DNA of 64,000 nt, taken from NCBI RefSeq assembly GCF_036365525.1, contig NC_090413.1, forward strand, positions 26,860,262 through 26,924,261, given 5' to 3'. Shown here one piece after another: positions 1-17,307 of the stretch. Both the position numbers and the translations under genes were made by a program. Each line of letters starts with the position of its first letter. The stretch's first letter is position 1. Under the pieces are notes generated by a model, which had not been told where the DNA came from, did no database searches, and worked only from the letters and a program-made list of their open reading frames with translations. This DNA is from Heterodontus francisci (Eukaryota).

Positions 1-587
1 GTCATTAGCACATTGCTGTTTGTGGTACGTTGCTGCCCATAAGTTGTCTGCCATGTTTTCCTAAGAGAACACTAAGGGAGCCAATGGATATGGGGATGGG
101 GCAGGAAAATGGAGTTGAGGTAGAAGATCAACTTTGATCTTATTGAATGATGGAGCAGGCTCAAGGGGCTAAACTCCCATGATCTTTTTCAAAAAAGTGG
201 CAATAGATCTTTTACGTCTACCTGTGAGGACAGACAGGGCCTCGGTTTAGCGTCTCATCTGAAGGACGGCACCTCTGGTGCTGCACTGGGAATGTCAGCT
301 TAGGTTTTTGTGCTCAAGTCTCTGGAGTGTGACTTAAACCCACAACCTTGACTCAGATGAGAGGGTTTCCCACTGAGTCACAGCTGACACTGTTTGGCAT
401 GTATATGTTCTGGTACATATTGTCCTTGCCAACTGTGCAATCAAGGGTAGTTAAGAGGAGTGGTTTAAATGCTTTCACTGCTTTACATTTTCATGAGGAC
501 AAAGTCTTAATGAGATATATAACCACCTTGTGCCTGGTCTTTCTGTGTCTCCCTGCAACCCATCTCTTGCATCTTGTGAATTTCTAG

Positions 588-3500
588 GGCAAGTACCTCA
601 CAGTGGAGCAGCTGACACTTGACTTTGAATATGTCATTAATGAGGTTATAAAGAATGATGCTTCCTGGTCAAAGCGATACTGTTCCTTCAGTGATTATGA
701 TATTGTAATCCTAGAGGTAAGTGGATTTAGACTGAACAAGCATTGTGTTTCAGCCAGCCTGGCATGGTATGCGTGACAGGACGTGGCTTCACAGGGTGAT
801 CCTTCATGTGGCCAGTCCAGTCATTGGGGTAGTCAGTCTGTGTCACTTTAATTGGCCTAAGTGAAGAGCAAAATAAAGGCTGGATAAGATTATTGTCAGT
901 AAAATAAATTAGAGCTGATTTCTGGAGACTATAGAATTAAAGTATGATAAATTTGAGCTGGAGAGATTGCTAGGACTGCAGCTTCATTGGTCAGTAGCCC
1001 CATTACTTTACAGCAGGTGTTAGAAATTGAAAGAGATCTACGTTTTTGTTCAAGCCCCAGTTTATTATTTCTATTTTGTTTTAAACAGCAATATCTTCCC
1101 AGTACCCCACACACCATCTGTGACCGGGCGAGGGGCCAGCAGTAAGGTCATTGTTACTTGCACTCTGAAACTGTCCATAAAGGGTAGTCTTGAGTGTGAC
1201 CAAGAATGACTGAGATTCCAGTTTTTCCCTTGATGTGGGAGGTGAGTGGTTGGTTTATTCCCATGGACTTCAGGAGCTTGATATAGGAACGCAAGCATTT
1301 TTAGGAATAGACAAAAATCTTGAGGCCTAACTGCTCAGCTGCTCTCCACAGATCAGCCCACCTTTATCACCTTAACATATTCCTCAATCCACCCTTTCCA
1401 AGTCACATTGTCCCTTCGGCACCTTTATATTGTCTGCTCAAAGGCCTTGTATGGTGTGTGGAAAAGCGTGCACATAAACCAACTGCTTACAGATTGTACT
1501 TTCAGTGCAGTTCGTTCTTGTTCCCTTGGCTTTTGGGACTGTCAGTAACATCAGTTCAATAGTGATCTGTTTCCGTTTCAAGGTCTGCCCTATAACCAAC
1601 CATGTCATCATTAACATAGGACTGCTGCTCTTGGCATACCCTTCAGATGAAGAAGGACAAATAAGGTAAGGGAAAAGTAACCTTTAGAGTGTGTGCAGTT
1701 CTGAAACTGTAGACCTGATAGATCTGAGGCTACACTTGCATCATATATTAACTGTCTTGGGAAATCTGAAGTTTGTTCCATTCAAGGACTTCATGGGTAG
1801 GTGCTCACACTGACCTTTCGGCCCAGACTAATGAGATGCAATTTTCCTCACTCTGTTGCTTCTAAGAGTGTAATGTGAAATGAATTTGCCAAGTCTCAGC
1901 ACAGTTCATAGTGGCCCTTGCCTGCAGCGTTAAAATGTACGTTTGCTATCAATTGGCATTAACTTGCCAGTCTGACTTGGAGCAACCACAAGGATGGCTG
2001 GGGTGAGAAATGGAAGTGCTGCATAGGTGCTGTAGGGGCTGCTCCTCTGGGGTTGGACTTGGGATACCTTGTTAGGAGAGAGTTGGAGCTGCTCCGCTCT
2101 ACAGCTGCCTGTGTTGTACTTTACCTAAGAATCCGTGATGCTGGGATTGAAGTCTTGTGTTGGGAAATTCTGTTCCCTAGCACAATCATCCTTCAACTTG
2201 ATGAGCACAAATGTTCCCCTCTCTTTTTCTGAGTCCTTTTTAGCATATCCATGGTTTAAAACACTTTGTCACTGCTCTCAAAGTCACGGCTACTGCTGTG
2301 AACGGCAATGAATGGATGTGCTGCGATTTATTTCAACCACCTGATGACAGTACAGTAGATAAATTCTGCAGTCATAATAGATCATTTGACCCATCAAGCC
2401 CACTTCTTTCACAGGCCATGCATACTGTACCACATCCATTTCATCACCTGAAGGAAAGTTCCACGTAAATATTACACAGGTCCCAAAGAATACTGAGCAT
2501 AAATTTATAGCACATGGGCCTATTGTGCCCATGCCGCTATCCAATTAGTTCCACTCCCCTGCTCTTTCCCCGTAGCCCTGCAAATTTCTTCCCTTTGAGT
2601 ATATATCCAGTTCTCTTTTTGGAAAGTATTATTGAATCTGTTTCCACCACCCTTTTAGAGAGCGGGTTCCAGAACTCTGGAATAGTTCTCTAATCTGAAA
2701 TATTCAACTCTGGCTAGCTACCACACTGCACGTCTCACAGTATGTCCCTCTCCCACTATAACAGGAACTATTGTGTGCTACTGTTCATTTAGTTATGAGT
2801 GCATGCTTCTCCCTATAACCAATCCTGTGTTAGTAAGCTGTGCTGTGTGTGTAGTTGTGAAATACTATCAAACTCTATTATTGATTTTTCAGACCCAAGA
2901 CCTATCATACTTGTTTGAAGGGCACGTGGAACCTAAACACTGGCATCTTTGCAACGGTGGGAGTTGGAGACTTAACTGCTGTACAGGGGCAAACAAGGTG
3001 AGTTAAGTTGTGCATTTTCCCAATACCATCTTGCACAAGGAATGGAAATTTAGGCTAACGTTCCCTTCTCTCTCCAATCCTTTTCTACAGTGGCAGTGTT
3101 TGGAGTACCTTCCGTAAAAGCTGTGTTGATATAGCAATGAGGTGGTTGGTTCCTGAAAGTACCTTCCGCAACGTCAACAGAATGACTAACGAAGCTCTGC
3201 ATAAAGGTGTGCTTTAGTGCCAAGGGTGTGTGTGGCTCTCGCCCGCGTGTAAACTTATTGCAGTACAGTGATGTGCGCAATCCAACCTGGGGCCATTTGC
3301 AGCCTGCCTTCTCCAGTGTCACGCAGCAGACGCACAGTTCCAAGTGTCTAGAGGCCTCGAATGGTAGTTTGCCACGCTGTGGAATGTTGTCTGACCTGGC
3401 GTTTGGTGCTGTTTCTCTCTTTGACTCTCCAACCAAAGGAGATGAAGGACTGCTAGTCGGAGTGAAGGGAGCACCAGTTAAAACAGAAGCACTGGGCATG

Positions 3501-4541
3501 TAGCTTTCATTTTGCCCTTTTGGGGAAGTGCCTGGTCTTGCAATTGGCAATAGTGGCATCATTAAATCAGGAGCCCTGTGTGGGGAATCTTAGGTGCATA
3601 CCTATGTCCTGTCACGCTGTGCTGAAGTCTATTGCTATATTCCTCAGCCAGCTCCCCTATAAGCATGGTTGGTTCAGTTTTTTGAAAATTCTTTCAAGGA
3701 ATGTGGGCATCGCTGGCAAGGCCAGCATTTGCTGCCCATCCCTAATTGCCCTTTACAACTGAGTGGCTTTCTAGGCCATTTCAGAGGGCAGTTAAGAGTC
3801 ACCACATTGCTGTGGGTCTGGAGTCACATGTAGGCCAGACCAGGTAAGGACAGCAGATTGCCTTCCCGAAAGGACATTAGTGAACCAGATGAGTTTTTAC
3901 AGCAATCAATGATAGTAATGGTACCATGAAACTGACTAGCTTTTAAATCCAGGTTTTTAAATTAATTAATTGAATTTATTAATTGAATTGAAATTCCACC
4001 AGCCGCCTTGGTGGGATTTGAACCCATGCCCTAGGGTATTAGCCTGGGCCTATGGATTACTAGTCCAGTGACATTACCACCCTGCCACCATGTCCAATAT
4101 GGCATTGGACAAAAACCTAGTGAGCAACACAACCTTAGAGTTTGAATAGCCCCACCCTACCTGTGAGGTTGTTTCACAGGCTTGTGCAGTGATGTGATGC
4201 GTTATGTTTTCAAAGTCCAGTGCCACAGGGTGGGAAGATATGGGTGGATAATCACGTGACCCTTCAAAATGTCAGTGAGGTCTGTTAAACCATTTCAGTA
4301 GCTAATAATCACACGACCATTCTAGTTTGTGTTGTTTTTCAATCTGACTGGCTGCCGATGAGCAAGTGACTGGTCTCATTATTTCAGGTTTGGTTTGACA
4401 GGATTTGTATTGAAATCCTGGCTTCAGAAGCACAGTGAACAGGATAGGAACATGGAAATTCAATGTGAATGTTGCTTTTGTCTAGGTCGCTCGCTGAAGC
4501 GCCTGGCGGACAGTGGACGCAGCATGTGGATTGTTCTGTAG
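588..4541 (+). CDS. DCAF15: DDB1- and CUL4-associated factor 15, last five coding exons (gene starts upstream of the window)
   Basis: Exons 588-716, 1583-1665, 2893-2997, 3091-3206 and 4486-4541 are all AG/GT bounded and in phase. They translate to [27 protein letters not shown]...[32 protein letters not shown]...[20 protein letters not shown]...[26 protein letters not shown]...[29 protein letters not shown], which matches the DCAF15 C-terminus as I recall it. Confidence 0.95.
3685..4095 (-). mobile_element. SINE of the same family as 35530-35920
   Basis: Reverse-complement match along the whole length. Confidence 0.7.
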
Positions 4542-5287
4542 CGGTGAACATCGCTGTCATCCATTTCACCAATGATTTTTAAAGGGAAGGATGAAGAGCC
4601 TGGTGTCGAGAACAAAGTTGGCCGCAAATAGTATCGATGGTTTAAAAAGTTTTTATTTTTTAAAGCAGCTACCTCTTCTTCGTTCAATTTTTTTTTTTCA
4701 ATCATTCCTTCTCAGGCCTAAAAATAAGGCCAGGCCCTTGGAGGTTTTAAAAAAAAAAGAACTTTGTAAAAGTTAAAAAAATCTTCCAAGTGTATACAGG
4801 ATATCGAATATTTTGGGTTTTGTTTGAGGGTGATACATATCTCACAACTACTGGTATCTCCCCATACCAAAAGTTTTGGTGTCTGCATTACCTCAGCATC
4901 TAATTTAGGACTTTGTTAGTTTGTGTTATGTGAATGTCTTTGAGAGACTCCAGGCCACTTAACTGAAGAGTGTTCATCTTTTTTAAAATGTAGTTTATGT
5001 CATATTTAACGCTATTTAGTATCTAGTTTGAAAGTGCAAAAAGCTTGTTACATTCCCTCCTTAAATCCTCCCAGTTTATTTCTTTCTGACCAAGAACAGT
5101 ATCTGTCACTGAATGCCACGTGGACCCTGCACAGTGAGGTGAACATTCTCCCTCAGTAAAATGGAGCCCTGCAGAATATTTGGTATGGACTGGTTTTCTG
5201 GTTACAGAATTGCAGGTAGTGATTGGTGTAACTGTATTCCATGTTAAGCTGTTGCTGAGTATGAATGTGTTCCTCTCTGTGAATTTC

Positions 5288-5293
5288 AATAAA
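5288..5293 (+). terminator. Candidate polyadenylation signal of DCAF15
   Basis: AATAAA about 750 nt after the stop codon, followed by GT/T-rich sequence. Confidence 0.5.
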
Positions 5294-5776
5294 ATATAGA
5301 GAGAAGCTTAGTGTGAATAGTGTTCTTTTGGAGGGAAACATCACCTGATTCGTCCATCAAATTGGTCTAAGGGGCAGTCTGACTGACAGAACCATGTGCT
5401 AATGGTTGGTGTTACATAGAATCTACAGCCCATGCCTTTCAGCCCACCTGGTCCATGCCCATGTTTATGCACCACACAAGCCTCCTTCCACCTCTGTCCA
5501 TCTCACCCTTTTCAGCATATCCTTCTATTCCTTTCTCCCTCATGTGCTTATCTAGCTTCCCCTTAAATGCTCTATATTATTTGCTGCAACTACTTTCTGG
5601 TTGAAGTAGTTTCTCCTGAATTCTCTTTTGGATTAGTGACTATCTTATATTTTATGGTCCATAGTTTTGGTCTCACCTGCAAGTGCAAACATCATCTCAA
5701 CGTCTACCCTAACAAACCCCTTCATAATTTTAAAGGCGTCTATCGGGTCACTCCTCATTCTATTCTTTTCTAGAGC

Positions 5777-7320
5777 AGTGTTTCTCGAACTGGGATCTGT
5801 GGACCCCTAAGGGTCGATAGAGACTTTCCGGGGGTCCGCAAAATAGTCGAGCAGTATGCAAATGAGTGGTGGCTTGGTGGGAGTGGACTGTGACCACCAC
5901 ATGTAACGCAGAGTGAGCTGGCTGTCTTACCTCAGAGGGGAGCGCACAGGGAGGGGTACTAGGAGCGGCAGGAAGATTGCCGGGTAGACCTATAGTTACC
6001 AAGGCACCAGTTGCGTTCAGCCTTGTTGAAGAGAGGGGAGTTTGGTTCCTGCTGGGATTTCAACATCGGATTATCGGTAAGTTTTTTTTTATACTGCTTG
6101 TCTAGGACTATCCTATGCGACTGGTTATCTGACTGCAGGCTTAGCTGAAATGCTTGCTAAGAAATCCAGCTGCCTCCAGTGTCAGTTCTACCCCTCCAAG
6201 TTCTATTAGTTGAACCAGTCTCTTTAATCAGTCATGAACAGATGACTGTTCTCTGCAGCCTAATGAGTCCCATTACCCCACCCTTTTCCCATACCCTTTA
6301 AGCGGGTTGTCCGGGCAGTGCAATTGGCACCTTGATTTATCTGTTCACACCGAGTTAAAACGCAGTAGCTAAAGTCCTGCTAAAAGATAACATTCCCACC
6401 CTCAATCTGAAACTAAAAAAAAGTTGTTCAGAAACATATCTAGGAAAAGTGGAACTGCATTAGAAACTTTATTTGGCTGCAGTAATAGAGTAACAAACCA
6501 CTGGTTAATATATTAATGTACATTTTTACAGTTTGTGGTATAAGAAATAAAGGCTTAAATTGATATTACACGCTCTTCTGTCCTACATAAGATGCAGGCA
6601 ATACTGATTTAAGAGACACTAGTCTCAGCACAGGGCATTGTAATGATACAATGTACTGTGGCATACAATGCTGTTCCCATATGTTGCATTCCTGCACTGT
6701 GGAGAGGTTGATGAGGTTGACGGCTTCCCCACAGGAAGGGCTGAGTGGAGGGGACCTCGTGGTAAATCATCTCCAAGCCACTGGTTCATCTCAACATGAG
6801 AACAGCTTATGGCGCTGGCCTTGCTCACCTCTCGGTCACTTGCGTCAGACACAGCATGTGGAAGCAAAGTTAAAACAACTTCAAAAGAAATAACATACCA
6901 GTCTTGTAGGGACTGTAAAGCTTAGCACAGCTTGAAAGGATGTTAATAAACTTGCAGGGCTATGGCGATTGAGCAGATGAGTGGCTCTGACTGAATTGCT
7001 CTGTGGAGAGCTGGCATGAACTCGATGGGCTGAATGGCCACCTTCCATAATGTAAATGACTCTGATTCTATTTGTTTTTTTGCACTGTTGGTTAGCAAAC
7101 CCTACCAGTGATCGTCCATTTTACCAGGGAATAGGCACCAGTTAAATGCTGCTTACTGTAGGACAAAACCCATGTTAATATGTATAGTTTTACATATATT
7201 GATAAACTGAAGGGAGACATTTGTTTATTTTATCGATTGACTGTAATCCTAACTAAAATAAAATTCCTGCCACCCGGTTTGTGTGGTGGGGGTTGATGAC
7301 CAGCAGAAGAAAAACTAGTA
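5777..7320. mobile_element. Possible degraded hAT/Charlie-type DNA transposon relic
   Basis: The left end CAGTGTTTCTCGAACTGGGATCTGTGGACCCC…GGGGGTCCGC resembles Charlie-type termini. The right end is only vaguely recognisable and I found no TSD. Confidence 0.35.
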
Positions 7321-9169
7321 TTCCAAGACTTCCTCGATTTACCTAACAAATTAATTGTTTAGAACGATTTGTTTATATAAACGAAATACAATACTGAATA
7401 GTTTAGTGACATAATTGCCTACCTAAGTCACTGACCTAAAAACAAAAAGTAACTAATTGTGTAAAAGCGCTTTGTGATGTTTGTGTTGTGATATAACTGC
7501 TGTCTAAACTCGTTAATTCACTCTTGACGGTGGAGGGAAGTTCAGAATGCTGCATAATGCCGGGTGCCATTTCAAACATGTTTTCTTTGCCAGTTGACCA
7601 ATGGAAAGTGGAAGAGAAATTTCAATTAATGATCTACCTATAAAAATATGTAGAATTTAAAAAAGAATGCAATTAGAAAGCTGAAGGTTACAGATTGGAT
7701 CGGAGAGTTGTGTATTCATCAGCTCTGCAACTGATATTTAGGAAGTTATACACAATACAAAGTACTTTATCCAAATGCATCTTCTGAAATCATATCCATG
7801 TAAGCTGCCTGATTTATCATGGAACATGCAAGATTGTTGACCTACAATTTTGCATGTCTACCTTCTCTGTGAGCTGTGACAGCACCAAGCCAGATGCCTC
7901 CTCGGGCCCCTAGCCCCTCTAAATTTTTAGACTGTCCTGGCTACTGCTCCTAAATGAATACCTTGGGAGGCAGGTGGTGAAAATCTATAAATCTCTTTCC
8001 CCAAAAAGGTGCTCAGCATCAACTGAAAATATCAAAAACTGAGATTGATTGATTTTAGGTAGACGAATCCCTGATATAAATCACTGTTTGCAGAGTTCCT
8101 GATCTCGGCTGTGCTGCTGCTCAGAATAGAACCCATGTGGAAGGAGCCCCTGACCAGCACCACACTCCCAGCTCTGGTCTGCCTTCTGGTATCTGGTTTC
8201 AGAGTAGCATTGGTCATCTTCTGGGCTGCAGAGAAGATAACTGGGAGTTAGAAAGTGAGCATCAGCGACATAGGAAAGAAAGGCAGTCGTATCATTACAT
8301 AAAATAAAAACTGACTGGGTCAGGGATCATTTTAGACACAAATAGAATCCTTGGCTGGTTTCGTGCCTGTTATGTACAGCAGTAAATTTCCCAAAGCCAA
8401 GTTGGGGTTGCAGAATGTCCCAATTCACGTGGGCCAGCTGTAATTCTGTGTATTCAATATAATATTGGTACATTTCAAGATATTTCATACTGAAAATGGT
8501 GAATTTTGCAGACTAAATAGTATTTTCAATCTATTTTTACAAAATGCGCTTGGAAGCGATTGCTACACAGGCAACTGCAATCATCGTGTTCAATAGAAGA
8601 GCAAGTGCTTCTCGCTCACACACACACAGTGGAATGCTTCAACAGGCCAGCTTCGACGAGACGATGCAGGCAATCCCAGAGCAAAGGATGATGTGACATT
8701 AGCAGTTATCAACCCTCCAGGACTATCCTGGCATCTAAAAGCAAAATACTGCAGATGCTGGAAGTCTGAAATAAAAACAAGAAATGCTGGAAATACTCAG
8801 CAGGTCAGGCAGCATCTGTGCAGAGAAGCAGAGTTAACGTTTCAGGTCAGAGACCCTTCTTCAGAACTGGGATCTCCTGGAAATAAAATATTAATCTTCA
8901 AGGTAATGATGCAAGCAACCCAGAAGAAAAATCAAAGACATTTTTTTGTTTATTGAATACTTTGTTTAATAGTAATAGGAACATTGGAGATATGGGGGGT
9001 TGGTGGTTTGGTTGGAAATAGCTTTGACCAGGTGAGGCAGTCAAGTGTAAAAACTGCTAGCACCACACCCAACCAGAACTGGCAAACCTATACAGAATGG
9101 TGTGTTCTCAGTGACAGTCTATTATCAGAGTGGATTGGATTAGATAAGTAGGGCCTTTTTTACATTCCT

Positions 9170-9345
9170 GTAGAACCAGCATGAAAGAGAAAAGGAGAAG
9201 GATAAATCCATTCGCTCCCAGCAGCGACTTCACCTTCACTTGCACCCGCTGTGGGAGAATCTGCCAGTCACGGATAGACCTGACCAGACACCAGCGGGCC
9301 TGCAACTGATGACTACAACCTTCATCGGTGAAGAAATGCCAAATG
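9170..9345 (+). mobile_element. Older RTE-like LINE 3' end
   Basis: Encodes FTCTRCGRICQSRIDLTRHQRACN*, the RTE C-terminal zinc motif. Confidence 0.6.
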
Positions 9346-10899
9346 AGGAGATATATAAGCTGTGTTTTGCACTGTATTGGGGAATTAAATGGGCAGAGGG
9401 ATGTCATCCCTCTGTATTGCACAAAAATGGGATTATGGTTTTTAACTCCCAAATCGAAAGTACCTTCTTGTAGATTTCTTACTTGTAGATTGTACAGGTT
9501 TATAAATGTGAAGTTGGAGAGTTCTCATTGTTGAGACAGTGTGGTCTCAGGGCTAAAGGGAATCTAGTTACTGTGTCACTAAAAACTCTGTGCACTTCCC
9601 TCCAGCATTTGTTGGAGCAGGTTACTGACAGTACCGGTATGTTGCTATTAACAGGACAACTAATGACAGACGTCAAATGCTCTCTTGTTGCAAAGGTGCT
9701 GATTTTTCAGGTCTTTGTGATTTATGGCCTGCTTCTTGGGGCGAGCAGCCAATGTTCCTACTTGATTGGGAACCACATTGCCATTGATAACAAGTCTCAA
9801 GGTCATCACTTGTGCAGATTTAAATTCCATCTATTCAGGTTGGTAAAGAAATCCAAGTATATTTTAAAACATCCATGTGAGTCACAAGGCTTTATAGAAA
9901 CAGCCATTCAGTAAATACTGATGATACATATACAATGTGATTTCATTTTCAGGTAGTCATTGAAAGGAGGAATTAATAATCTTAAGAAACATGTTTCTTT
10001 CAATGGGATTACAGTCTTAATGGGTGGTGTGATGTGCACCCCAGCCAGCAGTGATGGAATCAGCAGTGAAACTGTGCAGTCACTGTTCAAAACTCTGCTG
10101 CTGTTTACTGCCAGGGCTCCACCAAGAAGGATAGGTCCTGAGAGCTGCCAGTGAGATGTAGGACTGTGTGGAGTCATTGCAACGAATAGCATAGATGCAT
10201 TTAAGGGGAAACTAGATAAACACATGAAGGAGCAAGGAATAGAGGATACGCTGATAGGGTGAGATGAAAAGGGTTGGGGGGAGACTTGTGTGGAGCATAA
10301 ACACCAGCAAGGACCGGTTGGGCCAAATGGCCTGTTTCTATTATAAATTTAATGTAATTCGTACAGGTACCTAACAGAAGATCAACAGGAAGCTGTAAAG
10401 AGAGGAGTTTGTACTGCTGACAGCAAAAGGTTGACAGGTTTTTGCAGGACTGTGAAGGGTCTCTAATGCATGTTACACACAGTGAATGATTTTTTGTGCT
10501 CACCATCACTGGTCACACTGTTTATTCGATAAGTGGATGACTGGATAAATCTTAAAACGCAGCAAAAATGGTCTTCACTGGCAGGAGGGTCAGTAACCAG
10601 AGGACACAGATTTAAGGTAACTGGCAAAAGAACTGGAGGCGTGATGAGAATTTTTGTTACATAGCAAGTTATGATCTGGAATGCACTGCTTGGAAGGGCA
10701 GTGGAAGCAGATTCAGTAGTAACTTTCAAAAGGGAATAAGATAATTACTTGAAAAGGAAAAATTTACAGGGCTATGGGGAAAGAGCAGGAGAGTGGATTT
10801 GATTGGATAGCTCTTTCAAAGAGCAGGCACAGACATGATGGGCCGAATGGCGTCTTCTGCACTGTATCTATGAAAATTAACTTTGGTACCAGTACAATC

Positions 10900-11792
10900 A
10901 AGCACCTTTAAGATACTAAAGCTATAAACATTTTCCAATTTCAATTTTTTACATGGGGTACCTGAAATTCCACAATGCTGAGGGGGAAAATAAACCAATG
11001 AATTTTACATCTTTCCTAAAATTGCATGAAATTAACTTGTTCTCCCATATCCCAACTTTGCCAAACTTCAAAAATTGCATCCCAAGCAAAGCGCACAGTC
11101 CTACTGATGAACCAACATCTGAGAGAGTGCCACTCTTCAGAGTGGGTATTAATCTTGTAAGTTCAGTACCAGTCATATGCTTTGGGTTTTTGTTGTTTTT
11201 CTCCATGATTCTGAAATTACCAGGCTCATTAGGTTTTCAGGGAACCTCAAACGGGTTTTTTTTCCTTTGCTATGCGGTGAAATGATTGGCTTCCTCGTAC
11301 TCAGGAGTTCACAAATAAGAGAAACTTTTCAGTCTCGCATCCATGTAAATGTTGCAATGTCTTCCAACACCAGATGCTGCTCGGGAGAATTGACAGCTCA
11401 CTAGCAGCCTCTAGAGACAGAGCTCAACTACTGCAACAGCTTAGTCCCGAGTGGTAAATCTGTACAGACTCTCAAAACTAGGTGCCCAGTTTCGCTTTCA
11501 AAATTTTCAATGTCGTTTTCCTGTATTCAGTATATTGTATTAAACACGAAAACATAGTGGAACAAACCATTCTTCAATCAGTTTATGCAAATAACTCATT
11601 GCCCCCTACCCCCTCTCCAAGTATTCTTGCCAGAGCAGTTCCTGTTACAGATGCAAGCGTTTTCTGTTCTGTTCTTGCAGGCGTCAGTATTTGTGTGTTC
11701 ATGACCATGTCTCATGTTAGTGCGTTGTTCAGGAATGTATTATTAGGATCATCCAGAGATTACACAATACTCCGATTAAATTAATCACTGAC
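10900..11792 (-). other. Putative terminal (3'UTR) exon of the G-gamma gene; 3' end not defined
   Basis: Strong minus-strand acceptor ctgtctttgtttggtttccttttag at 11793-11817, followed by sequence with no recognisable repeats. From memory, GNG5 and GNG10 also have an intron just after the stop codon. The lower coordinate is only approximate. Confidence 0.45.
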
Positions 11793-12446
11793 CTAAAAGG
11801 AAACCAAACAAAGACAGCTTTAGGATTTTATTTTGCTTCACCAATTTTTCTCCTGAAGTCAATGCCAGCTGCTTCAGTGAATGGAATGAGAAAGGCAGCT
11901 GAGTGTGTAAATGGCTCACTCAGCACAGAAACCTGTCTGGTGGCCTTTGTTGATGCTGCTGTGTAATCTGTTGCGGGATGGTGCCTATCATCTCGAGGGA
12001 ACTTCCTCCTGGCTTTGTTATTTCCCCCCCAAACCCGCTCCCAAAAATGTTTCCCCAGAACTTAAAATTGAACTCAGCCCATCACACGTGCCTCCTGTTT
12101 GCTCTGTGACACAGCATGTTGGGGTCCAATGCATTCAGCTAATTAGGGCAGAGCAGAGGGAGATTGAGTCTACAGTAGCCAGTGCTTTATCCGAGCTGGG
12201 GAGTACTTGAGGGTAGCAAAAGTGTTCCACTCCCAAGCTCGGACATTTATCACCTTGACAAGGAAGAACTTGCATTTATATAGCATCTCGCACAATCTTA
12301 GGACGTCCCAAAGCGATTTACAGCCAATGAAGTACTAGTGAAGTACAGTCACTATAACATGGGAAACATGGCAGCCAATTTGTGCAAAGAAAGCTCCCAC
12401 AAACAGCAATGTGATAATGAACAGATAATCTATTCTAGGGATGTGC

Positions 12447-12675
12447 AAACAGAAAATTCTGGAAATACTCAGCAGGCCAGGCGGCAGCTGCAGAGAGAGA
12501 AAAGGAGTTAACATTTTAGGTTTTTGACCTTTCGTCAAAGTGCCTGGTGAGAAGTCATCAACCTGAACATTAACTCTATTTTTCTCTCCATCGCTGCTGG
12601 CTGGCCTGCTGAGTATTTCCAGCATTTTCTGTTTTTATTTCAGATTTCCTGCATCCGCAGTATTTTACTTCTATT
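12447..12675. repeat. Fold-back (inverted) repeat of the common shark GATGCTGGAAATCTGAAATAAAAACAG…ATACTCAGCAGG element (Penelope-like terminus)
   Basis: 12447-12480 pairs with 12601-12634 (33/34), and pairing extends imperfectly inward. Single-arm copies at 8737-8870, 27463-27562, 36865-36935 and 39596-39675; another fold-back at 18320-18475. Confidence 0.65.
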
Positions 12676-13386
12676 TTACTGGCTTTGCGATGTCAGTTAA
12701 GGGAGCAGAAAACTGAACAGTGTAACTATATTCCACTATATTTCAAAATGCTTCTTTCCTCTGCTGTGCGCTCCCAGAACACGGTCAGTCAGGCACAGCA
12801 TCCAGCAGGAGCCCTCAAGCCTGTACCGTCATTCAATACGATCGTGGCTGATCTGTGATCTAACTGTATATACCTTCCTTTGCTCCGTAATTATACCCTA
12901 ATCACAGCAGCAACTTGCCTTTGATAGCCATATACTACCCAGAAGGACAAGGGCAGCAGATGCATAGGACTGCCACCAACTGCAAGTATCCCTCCAAGCC
13001 ACACACCATCCTGACTTGGAAATATATTGCTGTTCCTGCACTGTGGCTGGGTCAAAATCCTGGAACTCCCTTCATAACAGCACTGTAGATGTACCTACAC
13101 AACGTGGACTGCAGCGGTTCAAGAAGGCAGCACATCACCACCTTCTCAAGGGCAATTAATGCTGGCCTTGCCAGCGATGCCCATATCCCATGAATGAATA
13201 TTTTAAAAAAAATCAAGCAAACCTGGAATGGAAGTGTAAAATTACACAGCTGACAAAAGGAACAAGAAGTTTTTTTTTACTGTTGCTGTGTTCTCTATTG
13301 TAGGAACATAAATAGAACATACAGGCTATAAATATTAAACTTCTGTTACCATTTACTGGACAGCTGAATGATGCCTGATGATGAAC

Positions 13387-16709
<3,323 letters not shown>

Positions 16710-16960
16710 GTTTCAATGGAGCAAAAAAAAAAGCAACACTTTCCCACCCCAAAAAAAGTTAACAAAGTAACAATTCCACACCCAGCTGGCCAATAGATCC
16801 TTTCCCATGGTTAGGAAACAATCCCATACAGGATAATATGACCATTCAGTTTACTGGCACTATATTATTTACGTTTTTTCATTTTAATTATTGCGTGACT
16901 CCATTCATTTTAAGTGCAAAATAACCCAGACTCAATGTATGAATTCTAATTTGCATCCAA

Positions 16961-17307
16961 GCTGACACTCCAGAGCAGTACTGAGGGAGTGCTGCACGGT
17001 TGGAGGTGCCATTTTCAGATGTGATGTCGAGGCCCTGTCTGCCCTCACAAGTGGATGTAAAATATCCCACAGAACTTTTTAAAGAACAGCAGGGGAGTTC
17101 TCCCGGCCCAATATTTATCCTTCAGCCAACTTCACTAAAGCATTACCTGGTTATTATCTCATTGCTGTTTGTGGGAGCTTGCTGTGTGCAAATTGGTTGC
17201 CACATTTCCTACATTACAAAATTGACTACACTTCAAAAGTACTTCATTGGCTATAATGCGCTTTGGAACATCCTGAGATTGTGAAAGGTGCTGTATAAAT
17301 GCAAGTA
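16961..17307 (+). mobile_element. Deu-domain SINE, 5'-truncated
   Basis: TTGCTGTTTGTGGGAGCTTGCTGTGTGCAAATTGG…CTTCAAAAGTACTTCATTGGC block and tail. Confidence 0.75.

Noticed and set aside
3050-3562. 170-aa antisense ORF over a DCAF15 exon and intron
   Set aside because: No recognisable domain; consistent with a chance open frame.
8032-8230. Minus-strand exon candidate after the acceptor-like tcttctctgcag
   Set aside because: No recognisable protein in any frame and no partner exons found.
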